Part shown: in pieces, positions 63,928 through 64,000 of the stretch
Layout of the letters: every line of letters starts with the position of its first letter
Position numbering within the stretch: the first letter of the stretch is position 1
Made by a program: the position numbers and the translations under genes
Notes under the pieces: model-generated
Told to the model about the DNA's origin: nothing
Databases searched by the model: none
The model's input: the letters and a program-made list of their open reading frames with translations, nothing else
From: Candidatus Aenigmatarchaeota archaeon
GTDB lineage: Archaea > Aenigmatarchaeota > Aenigmatarchaeia > PWEA01
Direction: 5' to 3'
DNA length: 64,000 nucleotides
Assembly (NCBI GenBank): GCA_046539325.1
Contig: JBKHHD010000003.1
Location: forward strand, 843-64,842

Positions 63928-64000
63928 ATGTTCGGAAAGAAGAAAGGACAGGCCGCAATGGAGTACCTGATGACCTACGGCTGGGCTATCCTAGCTGTAG
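63928..64000 (+). CDS. Archaeal pilin-like protein, 3' truncated at the window end
   Basis: MFGKKKGQAAMEYLMTYGWAILAV is a class III signal peptide pattern. Confidence 0.4.
   Translation, partial: MFGKKKGQAAMEYLMTYGWAILAV

Noticed and set aside
1-64000. CRISPR arrays, rRNA genes, IS elements or prophage
   Set aside because: No regularly spaced direct repeats, no rRNA-like conserved stretches, and no transposase or integrase ORFs were seen on either strand

Overview
This 64-kb window reads as a compact archaeal chromosome segment with about 90% coding density. Encoded proteins are visibly D/E-rich, as in salt-in halophiles. Five of six tRNA genes carry introns, one at a non-canonical D-loop position. 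Several genes start about 25-30 nt downstream of TTTAAATA-like TATA boxes. I infer a small-genome halophilic archaeon, possibly nanohaloarchaeon-like; this cannot be proven from sequence alone.

Content in order:
- 3..8031: a tandem array of three paralogous, heavily N-glycosylation-sequon-rich, membrane-anchored surface proteins. The first is truncated at the window edge.
- A housekeeping block: gdhA, iscS-iscU with a THUMP-less thiI, an SDR, a family-4 UDG, a trxB-trx operon, a CxxC-less TrxB paralog, tatD, an NYN protein, aRF1, valS, purB, an ITPase, a nitroreductase, an E1-like UbaA, a DEAD-box helicase, ksgA, ppdK, a UPF0182 protein, proS, psmB, aCPSF1 and an AN1-rhomboid fusion.
- A complete archaeal exosome superoperon: psmA-SBDS-rrp4-rrp41-rrp42-rpl37ae-rpoP-pcc1-pfdB-DHH. 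rpoP is absent from the ORF track and was found by hand.
- An archease / duplicated-domain ORF / RtcB ligase cluster next to tRNA-Leu and an intron-containing tRNA-Tyr.
- Two convergent KaiC-like ATPases and two archaeal pilin-like genes.

Most unusual observations: the surface-protein paralog array with a shared coiled-coil/TM/basic-tail anchor module; a four-gene envelope cluster in which classical C2H2 zinc fingers are fused to single-pass membrane proteins, one ending in a DsbA-like domain; the D-loop intron in tRNA-Ile(GAT); and the uncharacterised repeat protein between archease and rtcB.

No CRISPR array, rRNA gene or obvious mobile element was seen. All family assignments rest on motif recognition by eye and need HMM or structure confirmation.
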